A stretch of 64,000 bases of DNA from a bacterium (GTDB taxonomy: Archaea; Thermoplasmatota; E2; JACPAO01; JAHFTW01). The stretch spans positions 1 through 64,000 of the forward strand of contig JAZJZE010000011.1 in the NCBI GenBank assembly GCA_040390065.1, read 5' to 3'. Below the pieces are notes generated by a model. It was not told the origin of the DNA and did no database searches. It saw only the letters and a list, made by a program, of their open reading frames with translations. The position numbers and the translations under genes were made by a program. Shown here piece by piece: positions 19,015 through 28,909 of this stretch; position 1 is the first letter of the stretch; every line of letters begins with the position of its first letter.

Positions 19015-20543
19015 CACTCGGTCCCCCAGTCGCGCCGGCCGCCGGCGGTCACGATGGCCGGCCCGGAATTGCGCGTCTTCATGGCTGCAAGGCCGCCGGG
19101 GAAAGACTCCAGGGCGGCAGCAACGGCCGCGGCCCGCACGCGCGCCGCGCGCACGAGGACCTCGGCAACACCGTGCTCCTCCAGGAAGCGCGTCGTGAGG
19201 TTGCCGGCGCGGAACTGGGGATGCGAGAAGAGGAGGCGGTGGAAGTCGCGGTTCGTGGAGAAGCCCCCGACTTGCAGTTCCGACAAGGCCCGCAGCATGC
19301 GGCCGCAATTCGTCTCGCGGTCCGGCGCATGCGTGACGAGTTTCATGACAAGCGAATCGTAGTCGCTTGGCACCGTCCATCCCTCATACAAGGCGGTGTC
19401 GACGCGGACGCCGGGGCCGGACGGGACCGTGAGGCGGGCAACGGGCCCTGGGCTCGGGGCAAAGCCTCGGGCAGGCTCCTCCGCGTTGATGCGCGCCTCG
19501 AAGGCGTGGCCGCGAAGGACGACGTCCTCCTGGCGGATGGACAGGACCTCGCCCGCCGCGATGCGCAACTGCCACTGCACGATGTCGATGCCCGTCACAA
19601 GTTCGGTGACCGGGTGCTCGACTTGCAGGCGCGTGTTCATCTCGTTGAAGGCGAACGTCCCGCGCACCTTGCCAGGCGTCTTGGTGTGGCGACCGTTGGG
19701 CACGGGTGGCTCATAGAGGAACTCCATGGTGCCTGCGCCTTGGTAGCCGACACGTTTGGCGAGGGCGACGGCCATCTCGCCAAGTTCCGCGCGCTGCGGT
19801 GCGGACAGGGCGGGACTTGGAGCCTCCTCCACGAGCTTCTGGTGGCGCCGCTGGATGGAGCATTCGCGTTCGCCCAGGTGGATGACGTTGCCATGCGCGT
19901 CGGCGAGGATCTGCACCTCGATGTGGCGTGGCCGCTCGAGGTACTTTTCCAGGAAGACCTCTGACGAACCAAACGCGGCCTCCGCCTGCGCCGTCGCCGC
20001 GGCAAACTGCGATTCCAGGTGGTCGGAGGTGCGCACGACGCGCATGCCGATGCCGCCGCCGCCATGCGCCGCCTTGAGGATGACCGGGTAGCCGATGCGT
20101 TTGGCTTCCTGCTTCGCCACGGCCGCGTCACGCAATGCGACGGAACCCGCCGCGACGGGGACGCCGGCCGCCTGGGCATGGGCGCGGGCCGTGACCTTGC
20201 TCCCCATCGCATCCATCGCCGAGGGAGGCGGGCCGATCCAGACCAGTCCTGCCTTGATGACCGCGCGGGCGAAGGCCGCGTTCTCGGACAGGAATCCGTA
20301 TCCTGGGTGGACGGCGTCGCAGCCTTTGTCCTTGGCGGCGGCAATGAGGCGTTCGCCGACGAGGTATGAGTCACGGCTCGGCGCGGTGCCGACGTGAACG
20401 GCGGCGTCGGCCATGCGGACATGCATGGCGTCCTTGTCCGCGTCGGAGTAGACGGCGACGGCCCCGATGCCCATCTCGCGGCACGCCCGGATGACGCGGA
20501 CGGCGATCTCCGAGCGGTTGGCCACAAGGACGCGCCGGAGCAA
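19014..20543 (-). CDS. accC: Biotin carboxylase subunit
   Basis: VANRSEIA, HPGYGFLSEN, GGGGIGM, RECSIQRRHQK, EMNTRLQVEH. Confidence 0.95.
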   Translation of the reverse strand: MLRRVLVANRSEIAVRVIRACREMGIGAVAVYSDADKDAMHVRMADAAVHVGTAPSRDSYLVGERLIAAAKDKGCDAVHPGYGFLSENAAFARAVIKAGLVWIGPPPSAMDAMGSKVTARAHAQAAGVPVAAGSVALRDAAVAKQEAKRIGYPVILKAAHGGGGIGMRVVRTSDHLESQFAAATAQAEAAFGSSEVFLEKYLERPRHIEVQILADAHGNVIHLGERECSIQRRHQKLVEEAPSPALSAPQRAELGEMAVALAKRVGYQGAGTMEFLYEPPVPNGRHTKTPGKVRGTFAFNEMNTRLQVEHPVTELVTGIDIVQWQLRIAAGEVLSIRQEDVVLRGHAFEARINAEEPARGFAPSPGPVARLTVPSGPGVRVDTALYEGWTVPSDYDSLVMKLVTHAPDRETNCGRMLRALSELQVGGFSTNRDFHRLLFSHPQFRAGNLTTRFLEEHGVAEVLVRAARVRAAAVAAALESFPGGLAAMKTRNSGPAIVTAGGRRDWGTE

Positions 20544-20567
20544 CGCAGGACGCAGGCCTGAGGGGCT

Positions 20568-21908
20568 TCAAGAAGCCTGGGGCGCGGCTCCCGCCAGGAT
20601 GACCGTGCCGGTGGACAGGTCGAGGGCGAGGTCGCGGCCCTGCATCTGCGCCGACGGCACATGCGTGGCATAGCCTGCCTCGATGCTGGGCGTGCCGATG
20701 AGGGTCGTGAGGGTCGCGCCCATGGCGACGTGGTTCATCGAGGCGCCGGCGTACGAGCTTGCACCAATCGCCTGCACGGTCGCGCTTGTGTGGCATCCGC
20801 CCGACCCTTCCGCGATGGCGACGGCGATGGCCCAGTTGAGCTGCGTGGGGGCGCCCACCAGTGGCTGGGAGTCGACCTTCTTGTTGCCGAAGCAGTCGAT
20901 GTTGACGTCGAACGTTCCGGCGCCGCGGTCGTGGACCAGCGTGACGTCGCTGATCCCCCAACCCTGGGCAAAGCCGCTGTCTGCGGTGAAGGTGCCATCG
21001 CGAATGGCCAGGCCGGGGGCAGGGGAGGTCGGCGTGGCGGACGTGTAGGCGGCGGGCGTCGTGCGCAGTTCATAGGCGAACGTGAAGACGTTGGGCGCGG
21101 TACCGTAGACGAAGTCGGCGCCGTAGTATAGGAAGTCGTCGAAGCCCGTGCCGGTACCGTGCGGGGCCATTTGGGCGCCTTGGCCGTGCACGGTGAAGTT
21201 GGCGATCATGTCGGCCTGCGTCTTGTCTGCGTCTTCCTTGGAGTAGTCGATGTGGTGGTCGAGGACACGCATCGCGTAGCCCGTCGGCGCGGTGCCGCCC
21301 TTGGCCACGACGACGATGCCGATGGTCTTGCCGGCCTCGAGGCCGGTGGCGCTCATCGTGGCAAGCGAGGGAGCAAACGACGGCGTCGTGGCATGGAACG
21401 CCGCAGGCACCCCGGGGCTGGTCTGGATCCGGTATTCGAGCGGCATGCTGCCGATGGACATGAGTTGGGACGCCTTGCCATCCTCCAGGGTGAAGATGAA
21501 GAGCTGCAGCGCGCCGACTGTGGCGCCGGCGGGGATGACTGGACCGACCTCGAAGGAGATTTCCTTGCGGCCTTGGTAGTCGTGGGGCGCGCTCGCCGGA
21601 ACGACCCAGCGGAAGCCGGCAAGGCTGCCCGCGTCGGATGACGTCACGGGGAAGAACCACCACGGCGCGGTCAGGGCGTCAATGGCCGAGGGATCGGGCG
21701 CCCCGGTCGATGTAAGGGTCGTGTTCCCCGTCGGGGAATCGGGGTTGACGGGCCGCACGGCTGCCGGCGGCAGCGCGCCAGGTCCGGCCGGGCCGGGGGC
21801 GCTACTCGGCGCAGTGTTCGGGCCGGACGTCGGGGAATCGGTCGACTTGCCGCCGCAACCGGCAACAAGCAGGCAAAGCACGGCCACCATGGACCACCAG
21901 GCTTGCAT
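20568..21908 (-). CDS. Hypothetical lipoprotein
   Basis: Lipobox VAGC, Pro/Thr linker, beta-rich body. Confidence 0.8.
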   Translation of the reverse strand: MQAWWSMVAVLCLLVAGCGGKSTDSPTSGPNTAPSSAPGPAGPGALPPAAVRPVNPDSPTGNTTLTSTGAPDPSAIDALTAPWWFFPVTSSDAGSLAGFRWVVPASAPHDYQGRKEISFEVGPVIPAGATVGALQLFIFTLEDGKASQLMSIGSMPLEYRIQTSPGVPAAFHATTPSFAPSLATMSATGLEAGKTIGIVVVAKGGTAPTGYAMRVLDHHIDYSKEDADKTQADMIANFTVHGQGAQMAPHGTGTGFDDFLYYGADFVYGTAPNVFTFAYELRTTPAAYTSATPTSPAPGLAIRDGTFTADSGFAQGWGISDVTLVHDRGAGTFDVNIDCFGNKKVDSQPLVGAPTQLNWAIAVAIAEGSGGCHTSATVQAIGASSYAGASMNHVAMGATLTTLIGTPSIEAGYATHVPSAQMQGRDLALDLSTGTVILAGAAPQAS

Positions 21909-21958
21909 GGGCGCGACTTCCCGCAGGGGGCCTTAAGCTCTTTGGGCCAAGGCTCGCA

Positions 21959-23974
21959 TCAGCTTCGGCCGGCCGGCATGACGCGGGCTTGGAGCGCTGC
22001 GCGCATCTGTGCTTTGCGCGCCGCCGATGCCACCATGCAGTGGTCGAGCGCATCGGCAAGGTCGGCGGCGAGCACGACCTCGATGCGGCCGCGGTACCGG
22101 TGCTCCAGCAGGATGTCGTCCTTGTTTGCGGCGGGCACGATGGCCTGCGTGTAGCCAAGGTCGGCGGCGCCCTCGATCATCTGGGTGATGCCCTCGACGT
22201 GGCGCAGGCGGCCACTCACGGCCAACGCGCCGATGACGACGGTGTCTTGGCGGACGGGGATGTTCTCGAGTGCGCTGAGGCTTGCCGCCGCGGCTGCAGC
22301 GCCCAAGGCGGAGACGTCCGCGCCGACTTGTTGCAGCAGGGCCTGGACGTGCAGGTCGAGGCCGGCCATGTCGGCGCCGCGGAACCGCTTGAGGACTGCG
22401 CCCACTGTGTCGGCGACACCGAGGTCCTTCTGCAGGCCGCCGCCAAGGAAAAGGCTCCCTTTCTGGCGGTTCGAGGAGGCGGTCGCGTCCGCTTCGACGG
22501 GGACGACGATGCCGGCCGGTTCGCCCGTCTCGCCGGTGCCGAGGAAGGCGCAGCCAATGGCGCTGCCGACCTTGTTGCCGCCGACCTTGAGGGCTTCGCG
22601 CGCCGTGGAGACTTCGATGCCGCGCAGGGTCACCTGGTGTTCGAGGCTCATGCTCATGCGCTTGGCTGCCAGCACGTGGTCGACCGTGACGGAGGTTGCC
22701 GCCGTGTCGCGCGCGATGTCGCCGGCCGTACGCACGAGGCCTCCGAGTTCACGCAGGCGCAGCGTCAGTTTGCCGGTGTGGCCGCTGCGGCGTTGCGCTT
22801 CGCGGATGACTTCGGCGACGGCGGGGCCTTCGAAGTGGGGGATCTGGCCGTCACGGCGCACTTCCTGGGCAACAAAGCGCACGAGTTTGCGGCGGTTATC
22901 GTCGGTGTCGTCCATGACGGATTTGACGTAGACCTCGTAGCCGTAGCCGCGGATGCGCGAACGCAGCGCCGGGTGCAAGCCCTGCGTGCGATTGTCCGTG
23001 GGTGCGATGACGTCCATGTTGCCGGCCGCAACGAGGATGAAGTTGCACGGGACGGCGTCGGTCTTCGTCATGGCACCAGACGAACGTTCCGATTGGCCGG
23101 TAATGGAGAATTTCTTCTCCTGCATGGCCGTGAGAAGCGCTTGCTGCGATTCGAGCCGCAGCGTGTTGATCTCGTCGATGAACAGCAGGCCCTTGTGGCC
23201 GCGGTGGATGGCGCCGGGTTCGACGCGAAGGTGGGTCGGCGTTTCGAGGCCGCCGCTTTGGAACGGGTCATGGCGCACGTCGCCGAGGAGTGCTCCTGCG
23301 TGGCCGCCCGTGGCGTCGACGTAGGGGGCGGGGCTGGCTCCCTTGGGCCGCTCAATCAGGAGGTTCGGCACCATCTTGCCCGGCTTGCCGGCAATCTGGC
23401 GGCTGAAGCCCAGGAACACGATGGCGACGAGGAACATGAGCGCCATGACGAGGATGCTCGTCGAGTTCTGGCCAAGCGCGTAGAACCCGTAGATGCCGAT
23501 GCCGACAAGGACGAAGGCGATGACCGCCTCGACGGTGCGGTAGATGGCGTTGAGGCGTCGGGCCCGGGACTGCATCTTGTTGGCAAAGTCGCGGCCCTTG
23601 CCACCCGGCAGCACCTGGACGCGCGGCGTGTTCTTGTCCTTCGGGTTGGGCAGGACGAGCACGTCGTCGAGCTGGTCCGGCGGAAGGATCTGCGCCATGG
23701 CCTTGGCGATCATCGACTTGCCTGTGCCGGGGTCGCCCAGCAGCAACAAGTGACGGCGCTGGCGGGCCGCCTTCTTCGCGACCTCCACCGCTTCCTCCTG
23801 TCCAATGACTTCGTCAATGAGAAGTTGCGGCAATTCGACCTGCTCTGTCGTCCAGATGCCTTCCGCTTCGATCCACTGGTGGGGGTCGGGCTTCGACAGG
23901 CTGGAGCCGTTGCGGTGCACGCGCTGCGCCGCCGGCCGGCTGGCGGGTTTCGGGTTCGGGTTCTTGGATGCCAT
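21959..23974 (-). CDS. lonB: Archaeal membrane-anchored LonB-family ATPase/protease with degenerate protease site
   Basis: IDEVIGQEEA, GDPGTGKS, two TM helices, LLGDVRHDPFQSGGLETP, LFIDEI, HPALRSRIRGYGYE; true start is ATG 23974. Confidence 0.92.
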   Translation of the reverse strand: MASKNPNPKPASRPAAQRVHRNGSSLSKPDPHQWIEAEGIWTTEQVELPQLLIDEVIGQEEAVEVAKKAARQRRHLLLLGDPGTGKSMIAKAMAQILPPDQLDDVLVLPNPKDKNTPRVQVLPGGKGRDFANKMQSRARRLNAIYRTVEAVIAFVLVGIGIYGFYALGQNSTSILVMALMFLVAIVFLGFSRQIAGKPGKMVPNLLIERPKGASPAPYVDATGGHAGALLGDVRHDPFQSGGLETPTHLRVEPGAIHRGHKGLLFIDEINTLRLESQQALLTAMQEKKFSITGQSERSSGAMTKTDAVPCNFILVAAGNMDVIAPTDNRTQGLHPALRSRIRGYGYEVYVKSVMDDTDDNRRKLVRFVAQEVRRDGQIPHFEGPAVAEVIREAQRRSGHTGKLTLRLRELGGLVRTAGDIARDTAATSVTVDHVLAAKRMSMSLEHQVTLRGIEVSTAREALKVGGNKVGSAIGCAFLGTGETGEPAGIVVPVEADATASSNRQKGSLFLGGGLQKDLGVADTVGAVLKRFRGADMAGLDLHVQALLQQVGADVSALGAAAAAASLSALENIPVRQDTVVIGALAVSGRLRHVEGITQMIEGAADLGYTQAIVPAANKDDILLEHRYRGRIEVVLAADLADALDHCMVASAARKAQMRAALQARVMPAGRS

Positions 23975-26076
23975 CACTTGGCCTCTGCGACTGCAAGGTA
24001 TTGGGCGCGGCGGCGCGCCGTGACAAGGTACAGGACACCGGCGACCGCAGTCACGCCGACCATGGCGCCGACCGGGCCGATGGCCGGGTTGCCGACCGTG
24101 AGGGCCTGCGGCGAGGCGAGGATGGGTGGCGACGGCAGCGGCGGCGTCGTGATGCAGATGGTGTTCGCGCCCTGCGTGACGACGGTGCCGTACTGCATGG
24201 CGCCGTAGTCGTTGACGGCGAAGTAGAACAGGTCCTCTCCCGTCGTCTCGGTGTAGGACTGCAGGCCATCCTGGGAGTCGTCGAAGATGGACGGCTGCTC
24301 CGAGTATGCGTCGAGATTGTCCGCGTCGACCTTCGTGCCCAGTTCCATGCGCGCCGCGCCGATGGTCGGGTTGCACGCGTTGAACGTCGTCAGGATCTTG
24401 GTGAAGTCCTTGATGGCAACCGACGGCGGCTGCGGGTTCGTCGGGTCCGGCGGTATCGGGCTTGGCAGGTTGGACACGTTCGTGACGTGCTGCCACTCCA
24501 TGTACTCCAGGATGGAGGTCCGTTCGCGTTGCGAGATGGAGAGCGCCGTGACGGCGGCGTCGCGCACGTTCACGGAGCCGGCGAGGCGGTGCAGTTGCGG
24601 ACCCATGTCGACGCCGAGGTCGGTCCAATGGGTGCCGTACCAACCGAAGGCTGCGTGCACTTCCGCGCCGATGGGGCCGATGTGCTTCGTCGTGACCATG
24701 ACCATGTAACCGTCCTTCGTGGCGGCAAGAAGCGGGTGGCCGCCGATCATGTGCGTCGACTCGACCAGCGTCGTGTTTCCCGTTGCCGGGTCGATGCGCC
24801 AGATGTCGATCTCGCCGATGCGGGCCCGGCTGCGGGCGCTGTAGCCGCGCTCCACCTCGCAGGCGACGTAGACCTGGCCATCCCAGGCGACCGGGTTGGA
24901 GGCGTCCATGCACGGCCCAATGAGTTGGCGGTTTTCCAGGCGGTCCCAGGAATCGTCGGGCGCCGTCGTCGTGAAGGCGGCGTCGATCCAGCCGGGCATG
25001 CCGCGCGACGTCTGGCACGCGTCGCTCGCGTTGACGTTGCGCGCGTACTCGGTGCAGCGCTCGAACCACACCGCGCCGACGCGCTCCGGACCCGTCGCGG
25101 TCGACACTGCGGCCTTGCCGATGTCGGTGCTGTTGGCCGGCGGGCCATACGTGGCGTTGGCCGGTGGCGCGGGAGGCTCGTACGGCGGGATGTCGACGAC
25201 GTTGAGGGCCTGAATCGGGTTCATGGGTGTGCGGCCCTGCAGCTCGTAGCCGCCGCCGTACGCCTGGTTGACGGAGCCCTGGTCGCGGGTCGCGCCGGCC
25301 TTGAGGAGCCAAAGCGCCGAGCCGTACCCGGTGGTCGCGTTGCCGTTGTCGCGGCTGTAGAGGTAGCCGAGGTAGACGTTGCCGTCGCCGTCCATCGTGC
25401 AACTGGCAGATTCGCCGAGGCCGGGCGTGCCGATGGGCGGCTGGTCCTCCCACGTGATGCCTTGGTCATGCGACGTGAACGTCGTCTGCGCCTGGCTGGA
25501 GACGCGCGTTCGCGGCGTCGGGCCGTCGATGGCGTTGCCGTGCAGGCTGCAGAATGCCACCTCGCGCTCGTCGTTGCGGTTGACTGTGATCTGGGGATTG
25601 CCGAACCGGTACGTCGTCGCGGCGCGGCCGTTGGCCGTCACTCCCCCCGCGGTGTCGTAGATGCGGAACGGACAATCTGTGTAGTCGTAGCGGTCGCCCT
25701 GGATGCCTTCCGTGCTCGTGCCCAACGGGGCTAACGTCGTGGGGCAGCAGAACTGCAGGGGGCCACCCGCGCCAGAGCTCGGCGTCCCCTGGTTGCATTT
25801 CGCCGGGGCAAGGGCGTTGCCGTCGGCGTCGAGGAGCATCGGTGTCGGCGCGATGTCCATGCGGATGCTGCCCGGCTCATCCGCGAGGGCGGCCGGGATT
25901 GGTGCGAGGACGATGGACTTCGGGGCCAAGGCGGCCGGGGGATGCAGCGGCGCAGGGTAGCTGTCGGCATAGGCGCCGAAGCTGGCCGGGAAGGCGGAAA
26001 GGGCGCTCGACAAGGCTGGCGTCGCCATGGTGAAGGCCAAGAAGGCCAACCATCCGGCGGTGCCCAGGTTGCGCAT
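23974..26076 (-). CDS. Secreted, membrane-anchored beta-propeller-like protein
   Basis: Signal peptide, TSHDQGITW Asp-box, C-terminal TM + RRR; overlaps the lonB start. Confidence 0.8.
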   Translation of the reverse strand: MRNLGTAGWLAFLAFTMATPALSSALSAFPASFGAYADSYPAPLHPPAALAPKSIVLAPIPAALADEPGSIRMDIAPTPMLLDADGNALAPAKCNQGTPSSGAGGPLQFCCPTTLAPLGTSTEGIQGDRYDYTDCPFRIYDTAGGVTANGRAATTYRFGNPQITVNRNDEREVAFCSLHGNAIDGPTPRTRVSSQAQTTFTSHDQGITWEDQPPIGTPGLGESASCTMDGDGNVYLGYLYSRDNGNATTGYGSALWLLKAGATRDQGSVNQAYGGGYELQGRTPMNPIQALNVVDIPPYEPPAPPANATYGPPANSTDIGKAAVSTATGPERVGAVWFERCTEYARNVNASDACQTSRGMPGWIDAAFTTTAPDDSWDRLENRQLIGPCMDASNPVAWDGQVYVACEVERGYSARSRARIGEIDIWRIDPATGNTTLVESTHMIGGHPLLAATKDGYMVMVTTKHIGPIGAEVHAAFGWYGTHWTDLGVDMGPQLHRLAGSVNVRDAAVTALSISQRERTSILEYMEWQHVTNVSNLPSPIPPDPTNPQPPSVAIKDFTKILTTFNACNPTIGAARMELGTKVDADNLDAYSEQPSIFDDSQDGLQSYTETTGEDLFYFAVNDYGAMQYGTVVTQGANTICITTPPLPSPPILASPQALTVGNPAIGPVGAMVGVTAVAGVLYLVTARRRAQYLAVAEAK

Positions 26077-26213
26077 GCCGAAGCACGGGGAGGCTTGACA
26101 CTTAATCTTACCCGTCGCGGCCTCGCAACGTGCCCGACGCAGGCGTGCCGCAACGGTGAATGGGCGTGGCCCTCGGACCCCCGGTGCCCCAGCCGGTCGC
26201 CTCAAATAGCGAC

Positions 26214-26918
26214 ATGCGCAATGGTGAGGCCGTGCCAGCCCCCAAAACACCGCCAAAATCGCCGCCGACCCCACCTAACGACCCGTGGGCCAACTTCCCC
26301 GGAGGCAATCCGTTCGGCGCAGGGGCCCCGTTTGGCGCCAACCCCTTCGGCCCCGGCGGCCCGTTCGGCGGCTCCGGCGACCCCATGGCCAACATGGAGG
26401 CCTGGTTCCGCAACATGGGCATCGACCCGAACGAGTTCCGCAAACTCGTCGAGGAGATGCAACGCAACTTGCAGGAAGCGTTCAAGGAATGGGGCGCCGA
26501 CCCATCCAAATCCTTCGTCGGCGGTTTCCAGGTCAAGGTCGGCCCAGACGGCAAGCCCTCCATCAACACGTTCGGCAACAAGCCGCAAGTCAAGCCGACG
26601 GTGCCGGGCGCGAAGGGCATCGCCGCCATCGTGAGCGACGAACGCGAGCCCCTCACCGACGTCATCGACGAAGGCACCCGCATCGCCATCACCATGGAAC
26701 TTCCCGGCGTCACGCGCGACGATATCGACTTGCAGATGAACGAATCCGACCTGGAAATCTCCGTCGACTCCGAGCGCCGCAAGTACCACAAGCGCGTCAA
26801 GCTCCCGGCCGCCGTCGACCCCAAGACGACGACGGCCACCTACAACAACGGCGTCCTCGACGTCACCGTCAACAAGAAATCGGGCCCCGCCGGCGGCGTC
26901 AAGATCAAGGTGAAATGA
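26214..26918 (+). CDS. hsp20: Archaeal small heat shock protein Hsp20
   Basis: GFQVKVGPDGKP...FGN, REPLTDVID, ELPGV, YNNGVLDV; start codon uncertain. Confidence 0.92.
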   Translation: MRNGEAVPAPKTPPKSPPTPPNDPWANFPGGNPFGAGAPFGANPFGPGGPFGGSGDPMANMEAWFRNMGIDPNEFRKLVEEMQRNLQEAFKEWGADPSKSFVGGFQVKVGPDGKPSINTFGNKPQVKPTVPGAKGIAAIVSDEREPLTDVIDEGTRIAITMELPGVTRDDIDLQMNESDLEISVDSERRKYHKRVKLPAAVDPKTTTATYNNGVLDVTVNKKSGPAGGVKIKVK

Positions 26919-26996
26919 CCAACATGAGCCAAACCGGAGCGACCGCAACGGTCAAACACGAGGGCCATGGTCCGTGGCCGGGTCCGCAGGTGCACC

Positions 26997-27203
26997 ATGG
27001 GTGAAGAATTCGAGGAAGTCGACGACACCGGCGAAGAACTGTTCAACGAGGACCCCGACGATACGGCCACCGTGCTGCGTCCCGGCGTCAAGAAGCACGT
27101 CTGCCCGCATTGCGGCAGGTCCTTGGAATACCGGGTGGAAGGCCGCTTCGTCATGCGGTACTGTCCCAACAAAGAACACAAGAAGTACGAGGAAGAGGAC
27201 TAG
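26997..27203 (+). CDS. Small acidic zinc-ribbon protein
   Basis: CPHC...YCPNKEH motif. Confidence 0.65.
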   Translation: MGEEFEEVDDTGEELFNEDPDDTATVLRPGVKKHVCPHCGRSLEYRVEGRFVMRYCPNKEHKKYEEED

Positions 27204-27215
27204 GCCGCACGCGTC

Positions 27216-27870
27216 ATCCTGCTTGTCAAGGGCCAGCGCCCGATTCCTCATCCTCCGACGGCGACGTCCACGACGGAATCGCAGGAGACTTCGCCGCTTG
27301 CCCATGACCGACGGACATTGGAATCCACCGAATCCACAGAAACGCCCCCGGCCGGGGCGAGAGACGGCGAGCACCAAACGCCGCCGAAATTGAGTTCCGC
27401 AAGCATCCACGCCGTGGGGCCGGAGCCTTGGAAAGGCGAAGGCCCCACTGCTTGATGATCGACCTTTCTGAAGGTCGCGCGAGGGCCGCCGGGGGCGATG
27501 GCGCCAATGGTCCGACTTGTCTCGTCTGGCCTGAGCAAGGGCGGCCTCGGAAAACAGTGAACCATCTGAAAATGGGGGAAACCCGCTCATGGGGTTCTCA
27601 TGCATTTCATCGGGTTCACTGTTTTTCCAGGCCGCCCACACTCGCCGGCACCGAGCCACGGATACCACGGAATGCACGGAAGCGCTTCCGTGGGGCTCCG
27701 TGCGCATCCGTGGATTCCTGTTCCAGTGGAGACGAAACCAGCCGCGCGGCCACCCCGTCGAACGCGCCGCCGTCGGAGGTTGCGGTGGCCGCTGGTTTGC
27801 CGCGTTCTGCCCGGTGGATGCCGCATCACGCGGCCCACGGAACCACCGATACCCCGGATGAAACCGATTG
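27216..27870 (-). repeat. Composite structured non-coding repeat, copy 1 (inverted relative to 32230-32862)
   Basis: 27317-27641 is a near-identical reverse complement of about 32440-32766; flanks are more diverged; several internal hairpins. Confidence 0.85.
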
Positions 27871-28004
27871 ACGCATCCGCAGCGAATCCCCGCAACAGGT
27901 GAAACATGGTTTCCTCCGTTTCAGCGGGTTCACTGGGATCCCAGGCTGCCCACACCCGGCCACTGCCCGCAAACCGTAATGCGCCGCTCCAGCCTCACCG
28001 CGTC

Positions 28005-28364
28005 GTGCTCACCGCGGCCGACGCCAACGCCTTCGCCCAATCCTGGTTCGCGGCGTGGAACGCGCACGACCTCGACGCCATGATGGCGCACTACGCCGAC
28101 GGCATCGAGCACTCGTCGCCCTTCATCGCACGCTACAACGACGATGCGGCGTGCGCGCCGCTGCGGGGAAAATCCGCGGTGCGGTCCTACTTCGGCCGGG
28201 CGTTGGAGCGCAATCCTACGTTGCGTTTCGATCCGATGCACGTCGCCGTCGGCGTCTCGACGGTCGGTTTGGTGTATCGGCGCATGACGGGTGAAGTCGC
28301 CGTGGAGACGTTCGAGATGCGCGACGGGCTGGTCGTGCGGTCGGTTTCGCATTACGGAATCTGA
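28005..28364 (+). CDS. SnoaL/NTF2-like protein
   Basis: WFAAWNAHDLDAMMAHYADGIEHSSP...LRGKSAVRSYF. Confidence 0.88.
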   Translation: MLTAADANAFAQSWFAAWNAHDLDAMMAHYADGIEHSSPFIARYNDDAACAPLRGKSAVRSYFGRALERNPTLRFDPMHVAVGVSTVGLVYRRMTGEVAVETFEMRDGLVVRSVSHYGI

Positions 28365-28578
28365 CCACGACTTGTGCGGGAAGGGGGATGACGCCGATGA
28401 CACCGACCGCTCGTCGGTCGCAATCTCGGCGTCATCGGTGTTTCGATTCGCAGGGCCGTTCGGGATGCCGCCCGGGACCGCCGTATCACAGGCTCGTACG
28501 GCGTACTCGACCGCCGTGCCCCGTTGCCTCCCGGCCAATCATTTTCAACAGACCGCCCTATCGCCCCTGGGCAAGACC

Positions 28579-28833
28579 ATGCGCACCAGCGTCATCCTTG
28601 CAGGCCTGTTCCTGATTGCAACCTTCGGCGCCAGTCAAGCCAGCGCTGATGCGCCGCTGTACGGTTCGTGCACGGTGACGCCGACGAGCGCCGGCGTCTA
28701 CGGCTCGTGCCAGATCGGCCACCAGAACCCCATCCCAATCCAGGCGGGCTGCGACACCTGCGCGCCGCTCTGGGTGGGTCCGACATGCACGGTCGACGTG
28801 TACTGGACGAACTCGGGCGCGGGCTGCACGTAG
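28579..28833 (+). CDS. Small secreted Cys-rich protein (6 Cys)
   Basis: Signal peptide MRTSVILAGLFLIATFGASQASA followed by a ~61-aa Cys/Gly/Thr-rich mature part. Confidence 0.7.
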   Translation: MRTSVILAGLFLIATFGASQASADAPLYGSCTVTPTSAGVYGSCQIGHQNPIPIQAGCDTCAPLWVGPTCTVDVYWTNSGAGCT

Positions 28834-28909
28834 ACGCCTCGCTCGGCCGGAGACACGACAGAGCCCGCCTCGCGTTGGGTCCTGTTGCGCGCTCGGGGAG
28901 CTCGGGTCT

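Noticed and set aside
21959-25453. 1164-aa Lon fusion in the ORF track
   Set aside because: The N-terminal ~490 aa is an off-frame shadow of the upstream gene; Lon starts at ATG 23974
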